35,269 nucleotides of DNA. Source: a virus. Taxonomy: Duplodnaviria > Caudoviricetes. Both the position numbers and the translations under genes were made by a program. Under the pieces are notes generated by a model. That model did not search any database. It saw nothing but the letters and a program-made list of their open reading frames with translations, and was not told the origin of the DNA. The DNA lies in IMG/VR virus record IMGVR_UViG_3300038335_000071, positions 1 through 35,269 of that record; one strand, written 5' to 3'. Of this stretch, positions 17,249-26,878 are shown one piece after another (position 1 is the first letter of the stretch; each line of letters starts with the position of its first letter).

Positions 17249-17963
17249 TCCACAGCGTTTTTGGGACTGGGTCAGGAATGAGGATGAAACCCGCACCTTG
17301 TTTTTAAATGGGGCAATCGCAGAAGAGAGTTGGTTTGACGATGATGTCACACCGGCTCTTTTTCGTTCTGAGCTTGATAGCGGAAAAGGCGACGTTGTGG
17401 TATGGATCAATTCGCCAGGCGGGGACTGCATTGCGGCAGCCCAGATTTACAACATGCTCATGGACTACAAAGGCAGCGTTACGGTCAAAATCGACGGAAT
17501 CGCAGCCAGCGCCGCCTCGGTGATCGCTATGGCAGGCACGTCGGTCCTGATGTCTCCGGCATCTCTCATGATGGTCCATAACCCGCTCACCATCGCTATA
17601 GGCGACAGCGAAGAAATGCGAAAGGCCATCGCCATGCTGGATGAGGTAAAGGAAAGCATCATCAATGCTTACGAGATCAAGACAGGTCTGTCTAGAACAA
17701 AACTCGCGCATTTCATGGATGCCGAGACCTGGCTCAATGCCAACAAAGCGATCGAGTATGGTTTTGCAGACGGAATTTTATTCAAAGACAGCATCCCGGT
17801 CTCAGGCGTTATGCCTCAGGATAGTTACACTTTCAGCAGATGTGCGGTTACCAATTCACTCGTTACCAAAATCAATCAAAAAAGACCGCCTGAAAAACCA
17901 GGCAAACCCGTCACCGATCTCGATAAAAGATTGGAATTAATAAAAACTTTAGGAGGAATTTAG
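17187..17963 (+). CDS. ClpP-like prohead protease
   Basis: INSPGGD, AASAAS, MVHNP, ETWL. Probable TTG start at 17187 after AGGAGG, overlapping the portal 3' end. Confidence 0.9.
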   Translation: MKATTQSRSQKNDPFQISRPDPQRFWDWVRNEDETRTLFLNGAIAEESWFDDDVTPALFRSELDSGKGDVVVWINSPGGDCIAAAQIYNMLMDYKGSVTVKIDGIAASAASVIAMAGTSVLMSPASLMMVHNPLTIAIGDSEEMRKAIAMLDEVKESIINAYEIKTGLSRTKLAHFMDAETWLNANKAIEYGFADGILFKDSIPVSGVMPQDSYTFSRCAVTNSLVTKINQKRPPEKPGKPVTDLDKRLELIKTLGGI

Positions 17964-17964
17964 C

Positions 17965-19161
17965 ATGAACAAGATTTTAGAATTGCGTGAGAAAAGAGCC
18001 AAAGCATGGGAAGCCGCAAAGGCATTCCTGGACACTAAGCGCGGTACCGATGGGCTTATGTCAGCAGAAGATGTAGCCGTCTACGAAAAAATGGAAGCCG
18101 ATGTCGTAAATCTCGGCAAGGAAATCGATCGACTGGAACGTCAGCAAACAATTGAAAACGAACTTTCAAAGCCTGTCAATGCGCCGCTTACAGAAAAGCC
18201 TTTGGTACCTTCTCTTGAAACTAAGAAAGGCAGAGCCAGTGAAGAATATAAGTCCGCTTTCTGGAATGTGATGCGCAACAAAAACAGCTTTGAAATCAGA
18301 AATGCTCTGGAGGCAGGTACAGATTCCGAGGGTGGATACCTTGTGCCGGATGAATTCGAAAGGACTTTAATTGAAGCGCTTTTGGAAGAAAATATCTTCA
18401 GAGGTATCGCTAAAGTCATCACTACATCCTCGGGAGACAGGAAGATTCCGGTAGTTGCCACAAAGGGCACTGCATCTTGGGTGGATGAAGAAGGCGAGAT
18501 CCCAGAATCCGACGATGCTTTCGGTCAGGTATCGATTGGGGCATACAAATTAGCCACTATGATCAAGGTTTCGGAGGAACTCCTTAATGATAGCGTTTTC
18601 AATTTGGAGAGCTATATTGCCAGAGAATTTGCAAGGCGAATTGGCGCCAAGGAAGAAGAGGCGTTCTTCATCGGAGACGGCACGGGCAAGCCTACAGGAA
18701 TCTTCCATTCAACTGGAGGGGCGCAACTTGGCGTTACTGCGACATCCGCCACTGCGTTAACTGTTGACGAGGTTTTGGATCTCTTCTATAGTCTGAAGTC
18801 TCCTTACAGGAAAAACGCAATATTCGTCATGAATGACTCAACCGTCAAGGCCATAAGAAAATTGAAGGACGGAAACGGGCAGTACATTTGGCAGCCTTCC
18901 CTTACAGCGGGACAGCCGGATACTATCCTAAACAGACCGGTCAAGACATCCGCTTATGTGCCGGCAATCGCATCTGCCGCAAAAACCATCGCCTTCGGCG
19001 ACTTTGGATATTACTGGGTGGCAGACCGTCAGGGGAGAGCATTCAAAAGGTTGAATGAACTATTCGCGGCAACTGGGCAAGTTGGTTTTATGGCAACTCA
19101 AAGAGTCGATGGGAAACTAATACTCGCGGAAGCTATTAAAGTCCTGCAACAGAAAGCGTAG
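17965..19161 (+). CDS. HK97-family major capsid protein
   Basis: N-terminal coiled-coil delta domain; GGYLVP, SEELLND, GTGKPTG, LKDGNGQYIWQP, FGDF. Confidence 0.95.
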   Translation: MNKILELREKRAKAWEAAKAFLDTKRGTDGLMSAEDVAVYEKMEADVVNLGKEIDRLERQQTIENELSKPVNAPLTEKPLVPSLETKKGRASEEYKSAFWNVMRNKNSFEIRNALEAGTDSEGGYLVPDEFERTLIEALLEENIFRGIAKVITTSSGDRKIPVVATKGTASWVDEEGEIPESDDAFGQVSIGAYKLATMIKVSEELLNDSVFNLESYIAREFARRIGAKEEEAFFIGDGTGKPTGIFHSTGGAQLGVTATSATALTVDEVLDLFYSLKSPYRKNAIFVMNDSTVKAIRKLKDGNGQYIWQPSLTAGQPDTILNRPVKTSAYVPAIASAAKTIAFGDFGYYWVADRQGRAFKRLNELFAATGQVGFMATQRVDGKLILAEAIKVLQQKA

Positions 19162-19171
19162 GTGATCTTTG

Positions 19172-19393
19172 ATGAGCAACGTTAAGAACTATGCAGAGCA
19201 AGGTGGAGAAAAAACCATCATCAGTGGAGAACTGGAAATTAAAGCAGGAGGTAAACTCACTTTTGATGGCGCAGAGCTTAAGCCTGCCGCAGTCCAGGCA
19301 GACAGCGTAGCTACGACCATAGCTGGGACGGTTGCCGATTTCAACGCCCTGCTTGCCAAACTCAAAGCGGCAGGGCTGATGGCATCTGAATAA
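19172..19393 (+). CDS. Head fibre/decoration-like small protein
   Basis: Follows the capsid gene; ADFNALLAKLKAAGLM motif. Confidence 0.7.
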   Translation: MSNVKNYAEQGGEKTIISGELEIKAGGKLTFDGAELKPAAVQADSVATTIAGTVADFNALLAKLKAAGLMASE

Positions 19394-19402
19394 TGTGGGG
19401 AG

Positions 19403-19690
19403 GTGGGCGCGTTGATCGTTACACTTGAAAACACAAAAGCATGGATGAGAGTCGAGTCGAATGACGAGGATGCGCTCATCGAAAGCTTCATTTTAGCAGC
19501 GGAGGATATTGTGGAAGGTATCCTCCGCTTTCCTTTGAGTGATTTTTCTGGTGCCATCCCCGAACCGGTGAAGCATGCAATATATTTTGCCGCTTCCAAA
19601 CTATATGAGGAAAGAAACGAGCTTGACACCGAGTCGCTTAATGACGTGTTGAAGGCGCTCCTTTTTTCGTATCGGGAGGTAGCGTGGTAA
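19403..19690 (+). CDS. Head-tail connector (HK97 gp6-like)
   Basis: VTLENTKAWMRV...EDALIESFI, P..VKHAI, LYEER. Confidence 0.88.
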   Translation: MGALIVTLENTKAWMRVESNDEDALIESFILAAEDIVEGILRFPLSDFSGAIPEPVKHAIYFAASKLYEERNELDTESLNDVLKALLFSYREVAW

Positions 19691-20007
19691 TGAAAATTGG
19701 CAGATTAAGGCATCGAATTGTTATAGAGGAAAGTATTGCCGGCAGAGACAACTTTGGAGCAGAGGTTTACGAATGGATACAGTTTGCCAAAGTTTGGGCC
19801 GATGTATCGCCTGTGTCCGGAAGGGAATTTGCCTCCTTCAAGCAGATCAATTCGGAGATCACAACCAAGATCACTATCCGTTATCTCGCAGGGGTTACAG
19901 CAGAAATGAGAGTCCTGTTCGATAATCGGATTTTTGAAATCAACTCGATTATCAACCCACAAGAAAAGAACATCTCTCTTCTTCTGATGTGCAAGGAGGT
20001 GGCCTGA
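19690..20007 (+). CDS. Head closure/head-tail adaptor (SPP1 gp16-like)
   Basis: IGRLRHRI, VWADV.P.SGRE, ITIRY. Confidence 0.88.
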   Translation: MKIGRLRHRIVIEESIAGRDNFGAEVYEWIQFAKVWADVSPVSGREFASFKQINSEITTKITIRYLAGVTAEMRVLFDNRIFEINSIINPQEKNISLLLMCKEVA

Positions 20008-20411
20008 TGGAAATTGAGGAGGCGCTAACGTCATATCTGCTGGACTTTTCAGGTCTTACAGCCTTAATTGGGGATAAGCTCTACCCAGATGAAATACCTC
20101 AAGGGATAAAGCTGCCGGCTGTCATTTACAGCAAGGTGAGCGACGTCAAGGACCACACACTTGTCGGGCAAAACCGCCTGGAAAGGCCGATGCTACAGTT
20201 TGCCGCCTTTGCGGGCTCAAAAACAGCAGCAAGGGCGATTGCAAACCAGCTAAAAGCAGCGCTATGCGACTTTCAGGGAGAACTATCCGGTCTTGAGATT
20301 CAGTACATCAGGCTTGAAAACGAGATCTCAAGTCTTGAGAAAAGCTCGGACGGGATCATAAAAATAAACACAGAGATATTGGAATTTGAAATCAACTTTG
20401 TAAAGGGGTGA
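20007..20411 (+). CDS. Tail terminator/completion protein (DUF3168-like)
   Basis: LTALIGDKLYP...LPAVIY; directly before the major tail gene. Confidence 0.75.
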   Translation: MEIEEALTSYLLDFSGLTALIGDKLYPDEIPQGIKLPAVIYSKVSDVKDHTLVGQNRLERPMLQFAAFAGSKTAARAIANQLKAALCDFQGELSGLEIQYIRLENEISSLEKSSDGIIKINTEILEFEINFVKG

Positions 20412-20416
20412 AATAA

Positions 20417-21130
20417 ATGCCAGGAACACATGCATTCGGAACAACATTTTCTTGGAACAGCGTTGTGATCGCCGGACTTACGGCCATCAACGGCATTGAG
20501 CTTTCGGTGGACACCATCGATGTCACGACGCACCAGTCCGCAAACTACTATAAGGAAATCCTGCCTGGACTCATTGACCCGGGTGAGGTCAGCATTGAAG
20601 GGCAGTTTGAATTTACCGATGTCTCGGGTCAGCAGGCGATGCTCTCAGATTTAAACAGCAGGACAGCCAGGACCGGGGTCATCACATTCCCTGCCGCAAC
20701 AGGCAGCACCTGGACCTTTCAGGGATATATCACGAACCTGAAAATAGGGGATGCGCCTATCGATGACAAAATCCCATTTTCAGCCACCATCAAGCCGACT
20801 GGAAAACCCGTTTTCGCAGTCGCAACCTCGACAGGGCTTTCCGCTCTTGTCATATCAAACTCCGCGGTGCTTGCGCCCGCCTTTGCCGCGAGCACAATCG
20901 ATTACGTCGCATCCGTGCTTACGGGTATCGCCAGCGTGACCATTACGCCGACAGCGTCAGCGGGAACAATCACCATTACTGCAAATGGAGCAAGCCAGGT
21001 GGTGGCTTCGGGAACAGCTTCAAGCGCAATTGCTCTCGGCTCGGCAGTCAGCGTGACCATTGTCACCATTACTGTTCAGGAAACAAACAAGGCGCCGAAG
21101 GTTTACACGATTAGGATCAACCGTCCGTAA
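20417..21130 (+). CDS. Major tail tube protein with C-terminal cadherin/Ig-like domain
   Basis: TIDVTT...PGLIDPGEVSIEG tube motif; Ser/Thr/Ala-rich beta domain ending in YTIRINR. Confidence 0.85.
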   Translation: MPGTHAFGTTFSWNSVVIAGLTAINGIELSVDTIDVTTHQSANYYKEILPGLIDPGEVSIEGQFEFTDVSGQQAMLSDLNSRTARTGVITFPAATGSTWTFQGYITNLKIGDAPIDDKIPFSATIKPTGKPVFAVATSTGLSALVISNSAVLAPAFAASTIDYVASVLTGIASVTITPTASAGTITITANGASQVVASGTASSAIALGSAVSVTIVTITVQETNKAPKVYTIRINRP

Positions 21131-21143
21131 AGGAAAACCGGGA

Positions 21144-21174
21144 GGGCGGCCCGAAATCCGCCCATTTATTTTGT
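21144..21174 (+). terminator. Hairpin after the major tail gene
   Basis: GGGCGG/CCGCCC stem followed by ATTTATTTTGTT. Confidence 0.55.
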
Positions 21175-21189
21175 TAGGAGGAAAGAGAT

Positions 21190-21510
21190 ATGGCAATACC
21201 TTTTATTATGATCAATCTGGATAAACCCAGAAAACTTCGCTTCGGCATGGGCGCAATGGTGGAATTCGAGCAGCTGACCGGAATAAAGCTAATGGAACTG
21301 AATGACGAGATGTCTATGGATGTCTGCTCAAAACTCCTTTGGATTATGCTCAAGCAGGAAGACAAGGAACTTACTTTACAAAAGACATGCGAGCTGATTG
21401 ACGAATATGCAGAAAGCATCACCGAAGTAATCACCGCTATCACAAAGGCGATCGAGGCGGCTTTTCAAAAGGAGAGCGGCCACCCAAACGCAAATCCGCC
21501 GAAGAAATAA
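21190..21510 (+). CDS. Tail assembly chaperone (gpG-like)
   Basis: Small acidic ORF after the tail tube gene, with slippery heptamer CCCAAAC near its end. Confidence 0.8.
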   Translation: MAIPFIMINLDKPRKLRFGMGAMVEFEQLTGIKLMELNDEMSMDVCSKLLWIMLKQEDKELTLQKTCELIDEYAESITEVITAITKAIEAAFQKESGHPNANPPKK

Positions 21511-21866
21511 AGCCTGATTGGCTGGACTTTTCGGCGGAATTTTGCATAGGAGTTGGCGAACTTTCCTTAAGACCGGAGGAGTTTTGGCTGCTCACCTATG
21601 CAGAGCTTGTATCTATGGCGGAAGGCAGAATCCGAAATCAAAAGAGAAGAATGAATGAAATGATATTCCTCGCCTGGCACATCGAAGCGCTCGCCAGGCA
21701 GAAAAGGCTGCCCGCTCTCGGAAGCTTGCTTAAGGAAGAAAAATCAAATGGCAGAAGGCAAAGCGACGAGGAAATGATGGGCATGGCAAGACTCCTCAAC
21801 GCAGCTTTTGGAGGGGAGGTGATTGAGGTTTATGGCGATATACAGCAAGAGTCAAACCACAGTTGA
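21483..21866 (+). CDS. Tail assembly chaperone gpT part, made as a -1 frameshift G-T fusion
   Basis: The -1 frame is open from the slip site (PKRKSAEE...LSLRPEEFWLLTYAEL...) into the listed 21615 ORF. Confidence 0.8.
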   Translation, partial: PKRKSAEEIKPDWLDFSAEFCIGVGELSLRPEEFWLLTYAELVSMAEGRIRNQKRRMNEMIFLAWHIEALARQKRLPALGSLLKEEKSNGRRQSDEEMMGMARLLNAAFGGEVIEVYGDIQQESNHS

Positions 21867-22269
21867 GGGACTTGATGAACTTATTTCAGCATTTCAAAAG
21901 CTGGGAGACGAAGCCATTCCGCACCTGCTGAATGGATCTAATGAAGCGGGAGGCGAGGTGCTCCGCAAGGCAAAAATAAAGGTTCCGGTGGATTCGGGGA
22001 ACCTGAAACGAAGGCTTAAAATGGTCAAGGCCAAGAAAAGCGCCAAATACCCTTACCTGGTCTTTTCCAAAGTCACCTTCACAAGAGAAGTCGCTTATGC
22101 CGTGCCTCTTGAACTTGGACATCGGATCATTGTTAATGGCAAAAGTGTGGGCGTCGCAAAGGAACGCCCCTTTTTACGCCCTGCCGCGGATGAAAGCAAG
22201 GAAGATGTTGTAAAGACGATAGCAGCCTCAATGAATAAAGCGCTTGGCGAGATGGGAGGGATGAGATGA
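21832..22269 (+). CDS. HK97 gp10-like tail component
   Basis: VEGLDEL, VPVDSGNL, LELGH, RPFLRPA. Confidence 0.85.
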   Translation: MAIYSKSQTTVEGLDELISAFQKLGDEAIPHLLNGSNEAGGEVLRKAKIKVPVDSGNLKRRLKMVKAKKSAKYPYLVFSKVTFTREVAYAVPLELGHRIIVNGKSVGVAKERPFLRPAADESKEDVVKTIAASMNKALGEMGGMR

Positions 22270-24446
22270 GCACCGTAATTCGTTCACTAATGGTCAAGGT
22301 TGGCGCGGACCTGACGGATATGCAAAAGGGCCTTAATAAAGCGGCAAAAGAACTAAAAAGCGCCGGACAGGAAATATCCTCCCTTGGTGCTAGTCTCACT
22401 ACCGGAGTCACACTTCCTATCGCAGGAGCGGCGGCGGCCTCCATCAAGTTCGCATCCGACCTTGAGGAATCCACAAACAAGGTCAATGTTGCCTTTCAAG
22501 ACTCAGCCGATGAAGTGAAAAAATGGTCGGAAACGACTCTTGAGTCCTTTGGCATTGCCAAGGGAACGGCTCTTGATATGGCGGCCTTGTTTGGGGATAT
22601 GGGAACAGCCATGGGTCAGACCCCACAGGAAGCTACCAAAATGTCCGAGAGCCTGGTCGGGCTTGCCGGGGATCTTGCCTCCTTTAAAAACATAGGAATC
22701 GAGGAAGCGCAGACCGCCTTAAAGGGCATATTCACCGGAGAGGGGGAGTCGCTAAAATCACTCGGTGTTGTCATGCAGGACAGCACCCTTGAGGCCTATG
22801 CAATGGCTAGCGGACAGAAAAAAGCCTATGACGAGATGACGCAAGCCGAAAAGGTCGCCCTCCGATATGCGTTTGTAATGGACGCAACAAAAAACGCCCA
22901 GGGAGATTTTGCGAGGACAAGCAGTGGTACCGCCAATCAGCTCAGAATTGTGCAGGAATCCTTGAAGGAAGCGGCTGCCACTTTGGGGCAGAATCTTCTT
23001 CCAATCATTACGCCAATACTGCAAAAGCTCAACGACCTTATCCAAAGGTTTTCTGAAATGGACGGAGGCACTCAAAAATTCATCCTGGCTATGGCTGGGA
23101 TAACAGCCGCAATAGGCCCGGTTTTATCCATTGTGGGGGGACTTACTACCGGACTTGGCGGCGCGGTTGGGGCGGTTTCCAAAGCAGCAGGTGTTTTATC
23201 CAAGGGCGGTGGCCTTGCATCAGCGCTTGGCGCGCTAATCGGGCCTGGGGGCATTGCCCTTCTGGTCATTGCCGCCATTGCTGCTGCGGCGTATTTGATC
23301 ATCAGCAACTGGTCTGAAATAAAGGGATTCTTTACTAATCTCTGGAAAAGCGTCAGCACCACCTTCACAAGCGCATGGGAAGGTGTTAAAAGTTTCTTTT
23401 CCGGGATATGGAGCTGGCTGCAGAATTTCTTTGGACAGTGGGGAATTTTTATTCTTGCTGTGCTAATGCCATTTATAGGGGTGCCGCTACTTATCTATCA
23501 GTATTGGGACCAAATAAAGCTATTCTTCGCCGGACTTTGGGAAACGGTTAAAGCCTCGTTTAACGGAGCACTCCTTGCAATCATACAGTTTTTTAACGAA
23601 CTTCCTGCAAACATCGGATCTGCACTGGGGCTTGTCATCGGCAGCGTCCTTAAGTTTGGAATCGATCTCGCCATGTGGGTTATCGAAACCATACCAGTTG
23701 TAATTGAAAGCATTGCTCAGTTCTTCGCCGAGCTTCCAACCAGAATATCTGAAACGGTTGCCGGTGTGCTAAGCTCCATTTCCCTTTGGGGCATGAACCT
23801 CGCCGCCTGGGTGGCTTTAAATATCCCCATTGTAATAGGGAGCATAGTATCTTTCTTTATTTCATTGCCGGGCCAGATAGTAGCAGCTATTACAGGAGTG
23901 ATCAGCGCAATAGGCACATGGGCGGGAAATCTGATAACAAAGGCAGGCGAAGAGCTGCCCAAGGTCGTGGCTAGTATTGTAGAGTATTTCAAGGCATTGC
24001 CAAAAGAGATACTGCAGGTCGGTAAAGACCTGGTAACCGGCCTCTGGAACGGCATGAACGGCATGATGAGCTGGATTAAGAAAAAAATCAAAGAATTTGC
24101 CAGTTCCCTGATTTCAAGCATTAAAAGTTCTCTTGGTATTAGTTCTCCTTCAAAGGTGATGGCGGATGAGGTCGGCAAATGGATCCCGGCAGGTATTGCC
24201 AGAGGCATCACAGGAAATGCCAGCCTTGTGCAAGCGGCTATGGATACGATGAGCACTCAGCTTACCGCGGGAGGAAGTCTGGAGGTTGAAGGCTCATTTT
24301 CAAATGGAAGAAAAGCTTCAGAAAACGATTCAGCCCTACAGGGAAATCGTTCTACCAGCCTGACCATCAATGTGCAAAGCTTCTCCCAGGCAAGGCATGA
24401 GATTGATCTATTAAATAAGCAGTTGGCGATGGCAACAGGGATTTAA
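22266..24446 (+). CDS. Tape measure protein
   Basis: 726 aa, Ala/Gly-rich and helical, with periodic Trp/Phe repeats and C-terminal LGISSPSKVM. Confidence 0.92.
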   Translation: MSTVIRSLMVKVGADLTDMQKGLNKAAKELKSAGQEISSLGASLTTGVTLPIAGAAAASIKFASDLEESTNKVNVAFQDSADEVKKWSETTLESFGIAKGTALDMAALFGDMGTAMGQTPQEATKMSESLVGLAGDLASFKNIGIEEAQTALKGIFTGEGESLKSLGVVMQDSTLEAYAMASGQKKAYDEMTQAEKVALRYAFVMDATKNAQGDFARTSSGTANQLRIVQESLKEAAATLGQNLLPIITPILQKLNDLIQRFSEMDGGTQKFILAMAGITAAIGPVLSIVGGLTTGLGGAVGAVSKAAGVLSKGGGLASALGALIGPGGIALLVIAAIAAAAYLIISNWSEIKGFFTNLWKSVSTTFTSAWEGVKSFFSGIWSWLQNFFGQWGIFILAVLMPFIGVPLLIYQYWDQIKLFFAGLWETVKASFNGALLAIIQFFNELPANIGSALGLVIGSVLKFGIDLAMWVIETIPVVIESIAQFFAELPTRISETVAGVLSSISLWGMNLAAWVALNIPIVIGSIVSFFISLPGQIVAAITGVISAIGTWAGNLITKAGEELPKVVASIVEYFKALPKEILQVGKDLVTGLWNGMNGMMSWIKKKIKEFASSLISSIKSSLGISSPSKVMADEVGKWIPAGIARGITGNASLVQAAMDTMSTQLTAGGSLEVEGSFSNGRKASENDSALQGNRSTSLTINVQSFSQARHEIDLLNKQLAMATGI

Positions 24447-24458
24447 GGAGGTGTCTTA

Positions 24459-25331
24459 TTGGAACGACTGATTTATACAAATGCTTTAGGCCAAGCCGTC
24501 ATCTTTGACGAAGGCGGCTCTTACAGGTGGCTTGAAGTGGACGATCTTGGGGGGCTTGAAGCGGATTTTATGACTTCAGCAAGCCCATTCCAGGACGGTG
24601 TGACCTCAGTGGGCGACGCCTATTTCACAGCGAAAGCCATCAAGGTCAAGTTTGCGGTTGTCTCCTCTGAACTTGATGCGGCCTTACGCAGCCTTAACAG
24701 CATCCTGAATCCGAAGCTTGGATTTGGCAAACTCACTTATGAACGCGGAGGTAAAAGCTACGTGCTGGGCAAGGTGAAAACAAGAACCATGCCGTCCCTG
24801 CCCGGCACACCATCAAGAGGGATAAGCTATCAAATCACTTCAGCTATCTTTGAGGCCTTCGACCCATATTATACGGATGAGGATTACCTTGAAGCTTCGG
24901 TTTCCACCGGCGAAAACTGTCTGGAATTCCCGGTGAATATATTTGACAGCTTTGTTTTCGACTACACTAACACAACAGGCATCCTCGTGACGAACGGAGG
25001 TGATGTGGAGTGCCCGGTAACAATTATTTTGGATGGGCCGAAGAACAGTCCCCTAACAGTGGAAAACCTGGACACTGGGGAGAAAATCGTGCTGGCAATG
25101 AGTCTGCTGGCGACTGAGCGGCTTACCATAACAACTGGAATCGACGACATCAATGTGATCAAGGAAGACCTAATAACCGGAATCAGCACAGTGGCCTTCC
25201 AATACATCGATGTGGCTGAGACGTCTTTTTTCAGGCTTCCAAGAGGAACCAGCACACTTCTGATTACTGCGGGAGAGGCTGAAGTTGAACAAGCCGCCAT
25301 CAAATACAAGCAAAGGTGGGTGGGAATTTAA
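24459..25331 (+). CDS. Distal tail protein (Dit, Sipho_tail-like)
   Basis: SD AAGGAGGTG then TTG; follows the tape measure; AFDPYY, NGGDVECPV, FFRLPRG. Confidence 0.8.
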   Translation: MERLIYTNALGQAVIFDEGGSYRWLEVDDLGGLEADFMTSASPFQDGVTSVGDAYFTAKAIKVKFAVVSSELDAALRSLNSILNPKLGFGKLTYERGGKSYVLGKVKTRTMPSLPGTPSRGISYQITSAIFEAFDPYYTDEDYLEASVSTGENCLEFPVNIFDSFVFDYTNTTGILVTNGGDVECPVTIILDGPKNSPLTVENLDTGEKIVLAMSLLATERLTITTGIDDINVIKEDLITGISTVAFQYIDVAETSFFRLPRGTSTLLITAGEAEVEQAAIKYKQRWVGI

Positions 25332-26863
25332 TGAAGACCTTAAATATAATGGCCCTTGATTTCAACTACAAGGCAGCAATCCGGGGATATCAAAGTGCAA
25401 TAATAAAGCGGGTTTGGAACGGCATCGGTTCTCTGGAACTAGTAATCAACGAAGCAATTCCCAATGCCAACCTGATCAGCGAAAACGACATACTTTGGTT
25501 CGATCATGAATACAATAAGGCTTTTATCGTGGAGCATATCGAAACGGAGCTTTCAGGAAGCAGTATGACTTATAGAATCACCGCCAACCATATCAATATC
25601 CTGCTCCATGATTACATCACTATTCCGCCAAGCGGAGAAGATACCGATGTCCGAACCGGTTCACGTGAGCAGGTGGTGCGGCAATGGGTAGAACAAAACT
25701 GTATAAGTCCAGACAATACGGCCAGGGCTCAGTATCCACTTGTGCTTTCTGAGGCGGGTGGCTTTGGCGGAACCATCACAGAGCAGAGCAGGTTTGCAGT
25801 GCTTTCGGATGAGATCACGAGGGTGCTTTTGCCGGAAGACTTTGGTTGGCGGGTGGATCTGGACGTGGGAAATTCCAGATTCGTTTTCAAGGTTTTCGAC
25901 GGCGTGAACAGGACCTCGGCGCAGAGCGTGAACAGCAGGATCTTATTTGGGTTGAGATATGGAAATGTTGCTGGCTTTCGGAAAGTGACAGATATAGTTT
26001 CGGCAAAAAATGTGGCCTATATCGGAGGACAAGGTGACGGTTCGACCAGGCTACTCGTGGAGGTGGATAATGCTTTCGGCGGTAGGCGCAAGGAGATGTT
26101 TGTGGATGCCCAGGATCTGGCGGCTATAATTGAACTGGCCGAGCGGGGTTCTCAGGCGCTATCAGATTCTGAGGCAGTTAACAGCTTTGAATTTGAAGCA
26201 CTGAGCAGACAGTTTCACTATGAGGAGGATTATGACCTGGGGGATTTCGTGACCGTCGTAATCGATAAGGATACCTTTCAGCACCTTCAAATAAGAGAAC
26301 TGAGGGAAATCTACGAGCATGGAAATGTCACAGTTAAACCTGTATTCGGAACTCCGGAGCGCACTCTTGGAAAAGCAATCGGCGGGATGGTCAAGCAGCT
26401 ATCTTCCCTAGCGGTATCTGTAGCGAAGATCGACGATAACAAGGTAGCCTCTGCATCAACATGGAGTTCGGAACAGATTGAAAGCCATACTATTTCACCA
26501 ACAAGAATTGCACAGGACAGCACACACCGATTTATGGCGGATTCACAAATCTCCGCGCTTCTTGCTGAAGGAACAACGCTCCCCGGCACATCGGGAATCT
26601 TGACTGCCACCATGAATGGGAGCGTCAAGAGAATCACTCCAACCGGAGCGTGCACATTTAATGCTTCCGGCGGAACACTCGGGCAGCGGTGTACTTTTAT
26701 TATAACCACTTCTGGAACGACATCGTACATACTCACTTTTGGCACGAATTTCAAAGTTGCAGGCACCCTTGCAACCGGAACAGTCAGCACAAAAATGTAC
26801 GCTGTTAACTTTATCTATAACGGCTCGCTGTGGGTGGAAACCGGAAGAACGGCAGCCATGTAA
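25331..26863 (+). CDS. Gp37-like (ReqiPepy6-type) tail hub protein with C-terminal extension
   Basis: KNVAYIGGQGDG..R, RKEMFVDA.D, YEEDYDLGDFVTV; Thr/Gly-rich C-terminal domain. Confidence 0.75.
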   Translation: MKTLNIMALDFNYKAAIRGYQSAIIKRVWNGIGSLELVINEAIPNANLISENDILWFDHEYNKAFIVEHIETELSGSSMTYRITANHINILLHDYITIPPSGEDTDVRTGSREQVVRQWVEQNCISPDNTARAQYPLVLSEAGGFGGTITEQSRFAVLSDEITRVLLPEDFGWRVDLDVGNSRFVFKVFDGVNRTSAQSVNSRILFGLRYGNVAGFRKVTDIVSAKNVAYIGGQGDGSTRLLVEVDNAFGGRRKEMFVDAQDLAAIIELAERGSQALSDSEAVNSFEFEALSRQFHYEEDYDLGDFVTVVIDKDTFQHLQIRELREIYEHGNVTVKPVFGTPERTLGKAIGGMVKQLSSLAVSVAKIDDNKVASASTWSSEQIESHTISPTRIAQDSTHRFMADSQISALLAEGTTLPGTSGILTATMNGSVKRITPTGACTFNASGGTLGQRCTFIITTSGTTSYILTFGTNFKVAGTLATGTVSTKMYAVNFIYNGSLWVETGRTAAM

Positions 26864-26878
26864 AGGAGGCTAATATAT

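Noticed and set aside
21120-21150. ACCGTCCGT as a third copy of the repeated element
   Set aside because: It is coding sequence at the end of the tail gene and lacks TGGCTTA at the 15-nt spacing.
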